Counted from the first letter of the stretch, positions 16,133 to 29,060 are shown. The stretch: 64,000 nucleotides of DNA from Vicinamibacterales bacterium (GCA_965263055.1 OZ253581.1:1455794-1519793), one strand, 5' to 3'. Made by a program: numbers and translations. Notes: a model not told the origin generated them from the sequence alone.

Positions 16133-19012
16133 ATGCCCGACTGGAAGGAAACGCTCAACCTGCCGAAGACCGCCTTCCGGATGAAGGGGAGGCTGCCGAA
16201 GACCGAGCCGGAAACCATCGCGCGGTGGGACGGGATGGATCTGTACGGAAAGATCCGCGAGCGGCGGCAGGGCGCACCCCGCTACATCCTGCATGATGGA
16301 CCGCCGTACGCGAACGGCGAGATCCATGTCGGCACTGCGCTCAACAAGATCCTGAAGGACATCGTCGTCCGCTCGCGCACGATGGCGGGTTTCGACGCAC
16401 CTTACGTTCCGGGGTGGGACTGCCATGGTTTGCCGATCGAATTGCGCGTGGACCGCGAGCTGGGAGGCGGGACCGCGAGCGGAAAACAGGCGCTGCCAGT
16501 GGTCGAGCTGCGTCGCGCCTGCCGCCGCTACGCCGAGAAGTACATCGACATTCAGCGCGAAGGCTTCCGCCGACTCGGAGTGCTGGGTGCCTGGCAGGAG
16601 CCGTACCTGACGATGCGCTACCCGTACCAGGCGGCAATCGTCCGCGCGCTCGGAAAGTTCGTCGAACAGAACCTCGTCTACCGCGGCAAGAAGCCGGTGC
16701 ACTGGTGTATCGGCTGCCAGACTGCGCTCGCGGAGGCGGAGGTGGAATACGACGCTCACCGCTCGCCGTCGATCCATGTCGAGTTCCCTCTGGCGCATGA
16801 GAGCCGCGCCGCGCTCGAGGCGCTGGCGCCCGTACTGGCGGAACGGCAGGCGTCCGTGCTGATTTGGACGACGACGCCCTGGACAATCCCGTCCAACCTG
16901 GCGATTGCGTTCCACCCGGAGGTGACGTACGCCGCCTACGCCCCAACCGGTGTAAACAGCGCCTCGGCGACCAGCGACGCCGCCGTGATCGTTGCCCAGC
17001 CGCTGGCGGATCGCGTCGCCAGCGAGACGGGCCGGACCCTCGGGGAGCCGCTCGCTACGTTCAGCGGGGGTGATCTCGAAGGCCTCCGCTTCCGCCATCC
17101 GCTCTATGACCGCGACTCCGTGGCGGTGCTGGCCGATTACGTCACCCTCGATCAGGGAACCGGTGCGGTCCACACGGCTCCGGGCCATGGCGCCGATGAC
17201 TTCAATACCGGCGTGCGGTACGGCCTGGAGATCCTGGCCCCCATCGGTCCCGACGGGCGCTTTTTCGACGACGTCGCCATCGTCGGCGGGATGCAGGTGT
17301 TCGATGCGAACGCCGCCGTGACCGACGCGCTCGCCGCCGCCGGACGGCTCTGGCGGCAGACGGCGGTCGAGCATTCGTATCCTCACTGCTGGCGCTGCCA
17401 CGCGCCGGTGATCTTTCTCGCTACCGCCCAATGGTTCATTGCGCTGGATCAGGACAGCCTGCGCGAACGGGCGCTTGAAGCGATCAGCGGCGTTGAGTGG
17501 TTCCCATCGTGGGGCGAAGAACGGATCCGCCAGATGGTGGCGAACCGCCCGGACTGGTGCATCTCGCGCCAGCGCTCCTGGGGCGTTCCGATCCCGGCGC
17601 TCTACTGCACGGTGTGCCACCAGGCGGCGCTCACCACCAGGCTGACGGAGCGCGCGGTGGAAGTCTTCGAGGAGCACGGCGCCGACGCCTGGTACGAGCG
17701 GGACCTGAGCGAGTTCGTACCCGACGGCTTCACCTGTCCGTCGTGCGGGGCCACCTCGTTCGAGCGCGAGACCGACATCCTCGACGTCTGGTTCGACTCC
17801 GGGTCCAGCCACGAGGCGGTCCTTTCGGCGCACCCGGAACTGGAGTGGCCGGCGACGCTCTACCTCGAAGGATCCGATCAGCACCGCGGCTGGTTTCACA
17901 GCTCGCTCCTGGTCGGCATCGGGACGCACGGCGCGGCGCCCTTCCGGCAGGTGCTGACGCACGGCTTCGTAGTCGACGCGACGGGACACAAGATGTCAAA
18001 GTCGCGCGGCAACAGCGTCGATCCGAAGACCGTGATCGAGCGGCACGGCGCCGAGATCCTCCGCCTCTGGGTAGCGATGGCCGACTACCGGGAGGAAATG
18101 CGGCTGGGCGACGAGATCCTGGCGCGCGTCGTCGAGGCGTACCGGAAGATCCGAAACACTTTCCGGATCCTGGTAGCCAACCTGTACGACTTCGATCCGG
18201 CTGCGGACCTGGTGCCGGTGGCGAAGATGGAGGAGGTGGACCGCTACGCGCTCGCCCGCTACGGCGAGACCGCCGTCGAGATTCTCGCGGCGTACGACCG
18301 GTACGAGCTGCAGCCGATCTCGCACGCACTGAACCATTTCCTCACCGTTGACCTGAGCGCGTTCTACATCGACATCTCGAAGGACCGGCTATACACCCTT
18401 GCCGCCGGATCGGCGGCTCGGCGCTCGGCGCAGAGTGCCATCTACACGATGACCGATGGTCTGGCGCGCCTGTTGGCACCCATCCTGCCCATCACCACCG
18501 ACGATCTCTGGAGTCATCTGCCGGGCACCCGGGCGGAGAGCATCCATCTTGCCGACTTCCCGGGAGGATGCGACGAACTGGTCGACCGCGGCCTGCTCGA
18601 CCGCTGGGCTCGGCTCCGCGCGTTACGCGATGCCGTAAACGTCGAACTGGAACGGCTGCGACAGGCGAAAGTGGTGGGCACCTCGCTGGAAGCGGGCGTG
18701 ACGATCCGCGCGAACGGGGTGACGGCGGCGCTGATCGAACAGTACGAGCCGGAGCTGCCGACCCTGTTCATCACATCGGAAGCGTTGGTCGAGACGGATA
18801 CCGCCCTCCCGTTGGATCCCGAGCAGGCCGCGTTGGCGGGGGCGCAGTTTACCGAGCCGGACGGCGCCGGGGTGATCGCGGTGCGGCGCGCCGAAGGGGT
18901 GAAGTGCGACCGGTGCTGGCGCTACGTTCCCGAAGTCACCGACACCGACCCGGCGGGAATCTGCACGCGCTGCGCCGCCGCGCTGGCCGAGACGGTGGAG
19001 CGTGTTGGCTGA
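16133..19012 (+). CDS. ileS: isoleucine--tRNA ligase
   Basis: [15 protein letters not shown]...[20 protein letters not shown] (HIGH-type motif)...KMSKSRGN (KMSKS)...C-terminal zinc CDRCWRY...CTRC. Confidence 0.95.
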   Translation: MPDWKETLNLPKTAFRMKGRLPKTEPETIARWDGMDLYGKIRERRQGAPRYILHDGPPYANGEIHVGTALNKILKDIVVRSRTMAGFDAPYVPGWDCHGLPIELRVDRELGGGTASGKQALPVVELRRACRRYAEKYIDIQREGFRRLGVLGAWQEPYLTMRYPYQAAIVRALGKFVEQNLVYRGKKPVHWCIGCQTALAEAEVEYDAHRSPSIHVEFPLAHESRAALEALAPVLAERQASVLIWTTTPWTIPSNLAIAFHPEVTYAAYAPTGVNSASATSDAAVIVAQPLADRVASETGRTLGEPLATFSGGDLEGLRFRHPLYDRDSVAVLADYVTLDQGTGAVHTAPGHGADDFNTGVRYGLEILAPIGPDGRFFDDVAIVGGMQVFDANAAVTDALAAAGRLWRQTAVEHSYPHCWRCHAPVIFLATAQWFIALDQDSLRERALEAISGVEWFPSWGEERIRQMVANRPDWCISRQRSWGVPIPALYCTVCHQAALTTRLTERAVEVFEEHGADAWYERDLSEFVPDGFTCPSCGATSFERETDILDVWFDSGSSHEAVLSAHPELEWPATLYLEGSDQHRGWFHSSLLVGIGTHGAAPFRQVLTHGFVVDATGHKMSKSRGNSVDPKTVIERHGAEILRLWVAMADYREEMRLGDEILARVVEAYRKIRNTFRILVANLYDFDPAADLVPVAKMEEVDRYALARYGETAVEILAAYDRYELQPISHALNHFLTVDLSAFYIDISKDRLYTLAAGSAARRSAQSAIYTMTDGLARLLAPILPITTDDLWSHLPGTRAESIHLADFPGGCDELVDRGLLDRWARLRALRDAVNVELERLRQAKVVGTSLEAGVTIRANGVTAALIEQYEPELPTLFITSEALVETDTALPLDPEQAALAGAQFTEPDGAGVIAVRRAEGVKCDRCWRYVPEVTDTDPAGICTRCAAALAETVERVG

Positions 19013-19091
19013 CGCGGCGGGATCGGATCACGGTCCCCCAGCATCCCCGCCGGACCCGCCCTTTACGCCTCCGGTCCCTTCGCAACGGCTC

Positions 19092-19553
19092 ATGTTTGTG
19101 GCAGCCGCGGTGATAGTCATCGCCGATCAGGTGTCCAAGGGGATGGTGCGCGCCTGGCTGCCACTCCACTCCGCCGTCACGGTCATCCCCGATCTGCTGG
19201 ACTTCCGGTACGTCCGGAACACCGGCGCCGCGTTCGGCCTGCTGAACAATGTCGACATTCCATTCAAGCCGGCCCTGATGACGGCGATCGCCCTCTTCGC
19301 TCTGATAGCCATCGCCGCCTACGCCAGCCGCGCCGCGGCGGACGAGCGGCTGACGAAGTTCGGCCTGGCGCTCGTCGTGGGGGGCGCCGTCGGCAACCTC
19401 ATAGACCGGATAGCCACCGGTTACGTCGTCGATTTCGTCGATGTCTACTGGCGTGACTGGCACTTCTGGGCGTTCAACGTCGCCGACGCCGCGATCACAG
19501 TCGGAGCAGGGTGTGTCATTCTTGACATGATCAGGAGCCCTCAGCGGGAATAG
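19092..19553 (+). CDS. lspA: lipoprotein signal peptidase (signal peptidase II)
   Basis: IADQVSKGMV...FRYVRNTGAAFGLL...VDFVDVYW...FNVADAAITVG. The ATG at 19092 is preferred. The track's TTG at 19002 would add 30 Pro-rich residues. Confidence 0.85.
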   Translation: MFVAAAVIVIADQVSKGMVRAWLPLHSAVTVIPDLLDFRYVRNTGAAFGLLNNVDIPFKPALMTAIALFALIAIAAYASRAAADERLTKFGLALVVGGAVGNLIDRIATGYVVDFVDVYWRDWHFWAFNVADAAITVGAGCVILDMIRSPQRE

Positions 19554-19558
19554 GCCGA

Positions 19559-20368
19559 ATGTATCCGCGACTCTTCGAGCTCTACGGCGTCAGCATCTAC
19601 ACCTACGGTCTGATGCTGGTCGCCGCGTACCTCATAGGCCTCCGCGTGGCCGTGGCGCGCGGCCGAGCGCGCGGACTGAACGACGCACGCGTGATGGACC
19701 TCGGAATCCTGGTGATCTTCGGAGCGCTCGTGGGCGCAAAGCTGCTGCTGTTCGTCGTGGAGTTCGACCACATCCTGGAGAACCCGGCATTCGTCTGGAC
19801 GCTCCTCCAATCGGCCGGAGTCTTCTACGGCGGCCTGATCCTTGCCGTCGGGGCGGCGTTCTGGTTCATGCGAAAGCACCGGATGCCACTCTGGACGACC
19901 TGCGACGCCTTCGCACCGGGGATTGCACTCGGCCAAGCGGTGGGGAGAGCCGGCTGCCTGCTCGCCGGTTGCTGCTACGGGCAGCCCACCGATCTCCCGT
20001 GGGGAATCACCTTCACGGATCCGATGGCCGCGGCGAACGCCGGCACGCCGCTCGATGTCGCCCTTCACCCGACACAGTTGTACGAATCCGCGGCAGCGCT
20101 CCTCATAGTGAGTGTTCTACTCCTGCTTGAACGGCGTGGACGGATGTTCCCGGGACAGCTCTTCTGGAGCTACCTGTTGCTGTATCCGGTCGCGCGCTTC
20201 GCGATCGAGTTTTTTCGGGGCGATCCGCGCGGGACAGTTTTCGACCTGGTCTCGACGTCACAGTTCGTATCCGTGCTGCTGATTCCGATCAGCATCATCA
20301 TGCTGATCCGGCTCGGCCGGACACCGGACGGCGGGTCGCCGCGCCGCGCGGCAGCGCACGCCACGTAG
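19559..20368 (+). CDS. lgt: prolipoprotein diacylglyceryl transferase
   Basis: ...IYTYGLMLVAAYL...GRAGCLLAGCCYGQPTDLPWGITF...HPTQLYES. Confidence 0.92.
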   Translation: MYPRLFELYGVSIYTYGLMLVAAYLIGLRVAVARGRARGLNDARVMDLGILVIFGALVGAKLLLFVVEFDHILENPAFVWTLLQSAGVFYGGLILAVGAAFWFMRKHRMPLWTTCDAFAPGIALGQAVGRAGCLLAGCCYGQPTDLPWGITFTDPMAAANAGTPLDVALHPTQLYESAAALLIVSVLLLLERRGRMFPGQLFWSYLLLYPVARFAIEFFRGDPRGTVFDLVSTSQFVSVLLIPISIIMLIRLGRTPDGGSPRRAAAHAT

Positions 20369-20374
20369 GAGCCC

Positions 20375-21439
20375 GTGACCACGCCTGGCGATCCGACAGC
20401 GGACCCGCCGGTAATCGAAGAGTTCGAGGTGCGGGCCGGTGAAGCGGGCGTCCGGCTCGATCAGTTCGTCACCACTCAGCTCGACGCGCGCGGAGCGGGG
20501 GCGCGAACCGCCTGGACACGTTCGCAGGTGCAGCGACTGATCCGCGGCGGACATGTGCACGTGGCGGGGGCACGCACGCGAATGAGCAGCCACGTTCGCG
20601 CGGGCGACCGGATCCGGGTGGAGATTCCTCCCGTGGCGCCGGCGGCGCCGCAACCCGAGACGCTGCCACTTGACATCGTGCATGACGACCCGGACATCGT
20701 CGTAGTGGACAAGCCGGCCGGCATGGTGGTCCACCCCGGCGCCGGCCACGCCGACGGCACCCTCGTGAACGCGCTGCTCCACCACGTGAACGACCTGAGC
20801 GGCATCGGCGGCGAACTCCGTCCCGGCATCGTACACCGCCTCGACCGGGGAACCTCCGGGCTGATGGTGGTTGCGAAACATGACGCGGCCCACGCCGAGC
20901 TGGCGCGCCAGTTCGAGGCGCGTGAAGTGGAGAAGACGTACGCTGCCCTCGTCTGGGGCGTCGTGCGCCAGGGGCGGCGTATCGATCTTCCGATCGGCCG
21001 CGACCCCTTCGACCGGAAGCGCATCTCGGCGCGCGCCCGTCGCGCGCGCGAGGCGGTGACGCGAGTCACGAAGGCGGAGCCGCTCGCCGCGATGACGCTG
21101 GCCGAGATCGCCATCGCTACCGGGCGGACGCATCAGATCCGGGTCCACCTGAGCGCTATCGGACATCCAATAGCGGGCGATCAGACCTACGGCGGGCGGA
21201 AGCGCCATGTACCCCCGGTGCTCCGTGACGCGCATCGGATCGTGCAGCGGCTCGATCGGCCGTTCCTGCATGCCGCGCGCCTGGCGTTCACTCATCCGTG
21301 CAACAGCCGCCGTCTGGCGTTCAGTTGCGACCTGCCGGACGACCTGCAAGGGATCGTGGAGGATCTGCGCGCGCTGGAGGCCGCGCGGCTTGACGCGGGA
21401 CGGCGTGGAAGGGGAAACGCCAGCCGCGAACGCTACTGA
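20375..21439 (+). CDS. rluD: RluA-family 23S rRNA pseudouridine synthase (RluD-like, with an S4 domain)
   Basis: HRLDRGTSGLMVVAK is the catalytic motif, followed by ...GRTHQIRVHL. The SD AGGAG precedes GTG 20375. Confidence 0.88.
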   Translation: MTTPGDPTADPPVIEEFEVRAGEAGVRLDQFVTTQLDARGAGARTAWTRSQVQRLIRGGHVHVAGARTRMSSHVRAGDRIRVEIPPVAPAAPQPETLPLDIVHDDPDIVVVDKPAGMVVHPGAGHADGTLVNALLHHVNDLSGIGGELRPGIVHRLDRGTSGLMVVAKHDAAHAELARQFEAREVEKTYAALVWGVVRQGRRIDLPIGRDPFDRKRISARARRAREAVTRVTKAEPLAAMTLAEIAIATGRTHQIRVHLSAIGHPIAGDQTYGGRKRHVPPVLRDAHRIVQRLDRPFLHAARLAFTHPCNSRRLAFSCDLPDDLQGIVEDLRALEAARLDAGRRGRGNASRERY

Positions 21440-23222
21440 ACGACGTCGGTGACGGGACCGGACGCAGCGGCATCCGAGTGTGCGGCGTGGTGGGGCGGCG
21501 CCGTCACCGGCGTGAGCGCGAGAGCGAGCGCCTCGTCGATAGTCGAGACGTAATAGATCTCCATCTCACGTCGCAGTTCCGTGCCCAGGTCCTCGTTGAC
21601 GTAGGGCTCGTTCCGCTTCGGCAGAATGACGCGGAAGATGCCGAGCTGACGTGCCGCGAGCACCTTCTCCTTGACGCCGCCCACCGGCAGCACCAGGCCG
21701 GAGAGCGTAATCTCCCCCGTCATGGCGATGTCGCCTCTAACCGGACGGCCGGTCAGCTCGGATACGAGCGCCACCACCATCGTCAGGCCGGCTGAAGGAC
21801 CGTCCTTCGGGATGGCGCCCGACGGCACGTGGATATGGATGTCTCCGTTGCCGTAGAAGCTGGGGTCCACCTGGTAGCGGGCGGCGTTCGTCCGGAGCCA
21901 GGAGACGGCGGCGGAGGCCGATTCCTTCATCACGTCGCCCAACTACGCCGTCAACTCCAGCCCACTCCCGTTCTTCATCCGTGCGGCCTCGACGAACAGC
22001 ACGTGGCCGCCGGCCGGCGTCCAGGCCAGACCGGTCGCCACTCCGGGACGCTTGGTCCGCTCCGCCACCTCCTCGTCCTGGAACTTCGCGGGGCCCAGCA
22101 ACTCGGCCAGCAACTCCGGTGTCACCAACACCGCCGCTTCGTTTCCCTCCGCGCGCCAGCGCGCGACCTTCCGGCAGAGTGCTCCGAGTTCCCGTTCCAG
22201 ATTCCGGACACCCGCTTCCCTTGTGTAGTTCCGGATGAGGGTCGTGATTGCCCGATCGGTGAATGTGATCTGCGTCGCCGACAGGCCGTGTCTATCCACC
22301 TGCCGCGACACCAGGTGCTCGGTAGCGATGGCAAGCTTCTCGTCCTCGGTATAGCCGGGCAGCTCGAGGACTTCCATCCGGTCGAGTAGCGGCGGCGGAA
22401 CTGGATCGAGGAAGTTCGCCGTCGTGATGAACAGCACCTCGGACAGGTCGAACGGGACGTCAAGGTAGTGGTCGCGGAACGTGTTGTTCTGCTCCGGATC
22501 CAGCACCTCGAGCAACGCCGAGGCGGGATCGCCCCGGAAGTCAGTGCCGAGCTTGTCGATCTCGTCGAGGATGAAGAGGGGATTCCTGGTTTCCGCACGT
22601 CGCAGGCCACGAATGACCTGTCCCGGCAGCGCACCGATGTAGGTGCGCCGGTGACCCCGGATTTCCGCCTCGTCGCGCATGCCGCCGAGCGACACCCGGA
22701 CTACCTCGCGGTCAAGCGACTCGGCGATCCCCCTGGCGAGCGATGTCTTGCCGACGCCGGGCGGGCCGACAACGCACAGGATCGGCCCCTTATGGTCTGG
22801 CTTCAGCTTGCGGACGGCCATCTGCTCGCGCAGCAGGTACTCCCGCTGGTTCTTACCCAGCTCCGACTGCACCTGCGACTGGATCGTCGAGCGGATATCG
22901 AGGATCTCGATCTCCTTGGCAAGGAGCTGGTTGAGCCGGGCCAACCGCTCGCGGACGTTGAGCGTCCCTAGAATCCCCTGCTGTTCCTCGGAGCCGATCG
23001 TCCGCAGCCCTGATGCGACAACGTCGGCCCAACGGCCCGGTTCCGTGATGTTCTCCACGAACCCCGGCACGTCGTCGGACAGATGCGGAGATGCCGCCAC
23101 AACCTGCACAAACCGCTTTCGGGCAGTCGCGACGAGCTCTTCGATTGCCTCCCGGTCGCCGGCGATCGTCAGGTCTTCGACGCCATGAACGGCGGCACGG
23201 TGGAACGGCTCAATGGTGACTA

Positions 23223-24441
23223 GTGTCACGTCACACGTGATATGTTGCATGTTTAATGGTAGCCTTCTCGTCGTCCAACGACGGCAAGGAGGTTGGCATG
23301 AAGCGTTACGTGGTGACTTTGGAGAAGGACGAGCGTGCCGAGCTCGCGGGGATCACGCGCAAGGGGTCGCATCAGTCGCAGAAGGTGCTCAACGCGCTGA
23401 TTCTGCTCAACTCGGACGAGGGCGAGTTCAACGAGCACCGGGCGCGCGGGGCGGCCATTGCCGAGATCCTGCGCATCAGTGCGCGCAAGGTGGATCGGGT
23501 CAAGAAGCGTTTTGTCGAGGAGGGCATGGAGGCGGCAGTCGGCGGTCGGCAGGGTCGCCGTTCCAGCTACGTGCGCAAGGCCGACGGCGAGTTCGAGGCG
23601 CGCTTGGTGGCGCTGAGCTGCGCCGAGCCTCCAGAGGGCCACTCGCAGTGGTCGCTGCGGTTGCTGGCGGATCGCGTCGTGGAGCTCGGCCACATCGACA
23701 GTGTGTCGCACGAGACGGTGCGGCGGGTTCTAAAAAAAACGCAATCAAACCGTGGCGGCGAGTCGGCTGGGTGATTCCCCCACAGGGCAACGCGGACTTC
23801 GCGGCGGCGATGGAGAAGGTGCTCGACGTCTACCGGCGTCCCTACGATGCGGCCTTTCCGGTGGTGTGCATGGACGAGACGCCCCGGCAACTGATCAGCG
23901 CGACGCGCGAACCGGTTCCGGCGGCACCGGGTCGACCGGCGCGCGAAGACTACGAGTACCGACGCCGCGGAAGCTGCAATGTGTTCATGGCGACCGAACC
24001 CCTGGCCGGGCGGCGCATGACCAAGGTGACTGCGCGCAGAACCAAAACCGACTGGGCGCACTTCCTCAACGACATCGCCGAGCGCCACCCCGGCGCCCAG
24101 AGGATCACGCTGGTGATGGACAACCTGAACACCCACCGCCCCGGCGCCCTCTACGAGGCCTTTCCACCGGCCGAGGCCAACGCCCTGTGGGACCGCTTCG
24201 AGTTCGTCTACACGCCAAAGCATGGCAGTTGGCTCAACGTCGCCGAGGTCGAGCTCAACGTCATGACCCGTCAGTGCCTCAACCGCCGCATTGACTCCCT
24301 CGAGATCCTGCACGACGAGGTCGCGGCTTGGCAGGCGTCCCGAGACCGCATCCAGGCCAAGGTCAACTGGCAGTTCACCACGGACGACGCCCGCGTCAAG
24401 CTGAAACGCCTCTATCCGACACGTGATGAATGACAGGACAC
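23223..24441 (+). mobile_element. IS630-family insertion sequence (1219 bp) flanked by a TA target duplication
   Basis: TA is at 23221..23222 and again at 24442..24443. The imperfect terminal inverted repeats are GTGTCACGTCA... and ...TGACAGGACAC. A DDE transposase lies inside. Removing the element plus one TA rejoins the two Lon fragments in frame. Confidence 0.85.
23298..24433 (+). CDS. IS630-family transposase, in two frames joined by a predicted -1 frameshift on an A8 run (23732..23739)
   Basis: Frame A has SD AAGGAGG and ATG 23298 and reads MKRYVVTLEKDERAELAG...ETVRRVLKK (HTH part). The -1 frame continues NAIKPWRRVGWVIPP...VVCMDETP...LVMDNLNTH...PKHGSWLNVAEVE (DDE part). The slippery run is A AAA AAA A. 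Confidence 0.8.
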
Positions 24442-24784
24442 TAGCCTGTCGAGGGAAATTCGACCGATCCCCTCCACAAACAGCCGATAGCTTCCATCCG
24501 GCAGCGGGAAGATCTTGTGAACCTGCGCCAACGTGCCGACCCGATAGAGGTCGTCCTCGCCCGGTTCCTCGAGCGCCGCATCGCGCTGCGTGAAGAAGGC
24601 AATCAACTGGCTTTCTTCGAGGGCGGTCTCTATCAGCTTGACGGAGCGGGAACGCCCCACGGCGAGCGGCATGACGCGCCCGGAAAGAGCACCGTGTCGC
24701 GCAGCGGCAGCACGGGGAGCTCGGACGGCACCTCGTGCGTTTGCGCGGACGCCGTCGCCGGGGGACGTCGACCTTCGCTCATCG

Positions 24785-25243
24785 TTAGCCCTGATAGTCG
24801 GTGAAGAGCGAGCCGGGAGCCCGACGTGCTTCGTACATCTGCTCCCGCTCGATCGCCAGCTCGCGCTCCGCCTCGCACTCGGTGCAGCGGACGGCGAACG
24901 GCAGAGCACGGAGCCGTTCGGTCGCGATCTCCGTCCCGCACTCGTAGCAGTACCCGAAAGTTCCCTCGTTGAGCCGGTCGAGTGCCTCGGTGATCCTGTG
25001 AAGCGTCTCGGTCTTCATCTGCAGCACGGCGAACTCGATGTCGCCCTGGATGTCCATCTCGGAGGTCTCCGCCTCGTCGCGCACGTCCGGCGTGGGCGAC
25101 GCTGCGTGCTCCAGGCGGGTGTCTCGCATCTTGTGCTGCACCTCACCGATGATCTCGAGGCGCCGTGCCTCAAGCATCTGCTTGAGCTCTCTGTAGCGAA
25201 CCGTACTCAGCTTCTTCTTCGTGGTGCGTGCTTGCGTCGTCAT
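24785..25243 (-). CDS. dksA: DksA/TraR-family C4 zinc-finger RNA-polymerase-binding protein
   Basis: ...TEALDRLNEGTFGYCYECGTEIATERLRALPFAVRCTECE. The SD is GGAAAGGAG. Confidence 0.88.
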   Translation of the reverse strand: MTTQARTTKKKLSTVRYRELKQMLEARRLEIIGEVQHKMRDTRLEHAASPTPDVRDEAETSEMDIQGDIEFAVLQMKTETLHRITEALDRLNEGTFGYCYECGTEIATERLRALPFAVRCTECEAERELAIEREQMYEARRAPGSLFTDYQG

Positions 25244-25469
25244 GATGCCTGCTCCTTTCCAGGCGGTGTTCCCTTCGGCTCGTAGCCGCTGTCCCGCTCG
25301 GGCCCTGTCGATCGCAGTGCATGATCCGTGCCATAGGCAACGGCGCTACTTTGCTTAGACGACGGATACATCGGTTTGGTTTCGGCATCTCGCGTGTCCT
25401 CCACGGAGGACGGGAGCGGCCGGCAGCAGTACACCGGCGGTTCGGAATGCCGGAGGCAGACCTTGCTGT

Positions 25470-25475
25470 CATAAT
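25470..25475 (+). promoter_or_regulatory. extended -10 (TGtCATAAT), 9 nt upstream of ATG 25485
   Basis: The sequence reads ctTGtCATAATccgatctccATG. Confidence 0.4.
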
Positions 25476-25484
25476 CCGATCTCC

Positions 25485-26165
25485 ATGCCCAAACAGGAGT
25501 GTCCGCTCTGCATCCGCCGGAAAGCGCGGCGCGCCTGCCCCGCCAAGGGAGTCTCCATCTGCTCGGTCTGCTGCGGAACCAAGCGTCTGATCGAAATCGC
25601 CTGCCCGTCCGACTGCGTCTGGCTTCAGTCCGCCTCCACCCACCCCCCCGCCGTGGTGCAACGGCAACGGGAGCGGGATGTTCATTTTCTGGTGGCGCTG
25701 CTGCATGGCCTGACGCCGCAGCAGCAGGCGCTCACCTATCGGCTGTTGGCCCTGCTGGGCCAGGAGCGGCCCGACCTTCCGGGCCTGCGCGACGCCAACA
25801 TAGTCGAAGCGGCGCAGGCGATGGCCCAGACAGCGGAAACTGCCAGCCGGGGGATCGTCTACCAGCACACGGCTCAGACTGCACATGCGCGGCAGTTGAT
25901 GAAGGAGATGGCCGGGGTGGTCGAGGCAGCCGTGCAACAGGGGACGCCAATCCCGGACCATGACGCTGCGAGCATCTTTCGCCGGATCGAGCGCGGGGCG
26001 CGCGAGGGACGGGAGCTGCTGGGCGAAGCGGGCGGCGAAACCGCCTGCATCGCCACGCTGAAACGCCTGGCGTCGGCCATGCCGCGCGACGGGGACCCGT
26101 TGGGCGGCGCAGAAGACACCTCGGAAGGGACCTCGGCATCGGGCCTGATTGTCCCAGGCCGCTGA
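25485..26165 (+). CDS. hypothetical protein with an N-terminal 8-Cys cluster
   Basis: The N-terminus is [46 protein letters not shown], followed by about 180 aa that look helical. I recognise no family. Confidence 0.55.
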   Translation: MPKQECPLCIRRKARRACPAKGVSICSVCCGTKRLIEIACPSDCVWLQSASTHPPAVVQRQRERDVHFLVALLHGLTPQQQALTYRLLALLGQERPDLPGLRDANIVEAAQAMAQTAETASRGIVYQHTAQTAHARQLMKEMAGVVEAAVQQGTPIPDHDAASIFRRIERGAREGRELLGEAGGETACIATLKRLASAMPRDGDPLGGAEDTSEGTSASGLIVPGR

Positions 26166-26258
26166 TTCCGAGAAGGGATGGCTCTCTCCACCCGCGGAGT
26201 TGCGCTGCCGGGTCATCCCGTTCGCCAGCCGCGTCTGGTATAGAATGGGCGGACGCTC

Positions 26259-26450
26259 ATGGCAAAACGTTGCGACATCTGCGGCAAGGGTCCGAAGATG
26301 GGCCGGAATGTCTCACACGCCCACAATGTGACCAAGCGGAGGTTCGAGGCCAACATCCAGGCGGTTCGCGCGCTGGTCAACGGCGGAGTGAAGCGGCTGA
26401 AGGTCTGTACCCGCTGCATCCGATCGAATCGGGTAGTCAAGGCGCCGTAG
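26259..26450 (+). CDS. rpmB: 50S ribosomal protein L28
   Basis: [34 protein letters not shown]...[11 protein letters not shown]. Confidence 0.93.
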   Translation: MAKRCDICGKGPKMGRNVSHAHNVTKRRFEANIQAVRALVNGGVKRLKVCTRCIRSNRVVKAP

Positions 26451-26494
26451 CCCGACACCCCGCAACGCAAGCGCGGGTCCCTTCCGGACAGGAC

Positions 26495-26890
26495 GTGTCT
26501 CGGACTCCCATCACGACGACGGGCGCGCCACGCGCTATCGGTCCGTACTCTCAAGCAATCAGAAGCGGTGATCTGCTCTTTGTCTCGGGTCAGATAGCCA
26601 TGGATCCGGAGACGGGCGAGATGGCCGAAGGCGACGTCAGTGCGCAGACCGAGCGGGTGTTGCGGAACGTCGACGGCATCCTGACCGCCGCCGGCGCGAC
26701 GCTCGCCGATGTCATCAAGACGACCGTCTACCTGGCCAACATGAACGATTTCGCGGCGATGAACCGAGTCTACGCCACGTTTTTCGCTGACCCCGCCCCG
26801 GCGCGGGCCGCCGTCGAGGTGGCGCGGCTCCCGAAGGATGCTCTGGTCGAGATCGACTGCATCGCCAGGGTGCCCGACGGCACGGACTGA
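26495..26890 (+). CDS. ridA: RidA/YjgF-family reactive-intermediate deaminase
   Basis: [32 protein letters not shown]...[19 protein letters not shown]...[21 protein letters not shown]. The start is GTG 26495. Confidence 0.88.
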   Translation: MSRTPITTTGAPRAIGPYSQAIRSGDLLFVSGQIAMDPETGEMAEGDVSAQTERVLRNVDGILTAAGATLADVIKTTVYLANMNDFAAMNRVYATFFADPAPARAAVEVARLPKDALVEIDCIARVPDGTD

Positions 26891-26897
26891 ACTCTCT

Positions 26898-29060
<2,163 letters not shown>

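Larger units (their letters stand above)
21433..24782 (-). pseudogene. lon: lon (LonA ATP-dependent protease) pseudogene, interrupted by an IS630-family element and carrying three further lesions
   Basis: The Lon pieces are: N-domain (ELPVLPLRDTVLFPG / VMPLAVGRSRSVKLIE...YRVGTLAQV), AAA+ (GPILCVVGPPGVGKTSL...RGHRRTY...LDEIDK) and protease (GDVMKESA...PKDGPSAG). The lesions are a 1-nt frameshift near 24678, an IS insertion at 23223..24441, an in-frame loss between REQM and AVRKL at 22818/22819, and a TAG at 21943..21945. Confidence 0.85.

Noticed and set aside
21433-21942. Treating the Lon protease-domain ORF (169 aa) and the 435-aa AAA+ ORF as separate functional genes.
   Set aside because: They are contiguous in one frame across a single TAG. 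The upstream part is additionally cut by an IS element, a frameshift and a deletion. The simplest reading is one decayed lon gene.
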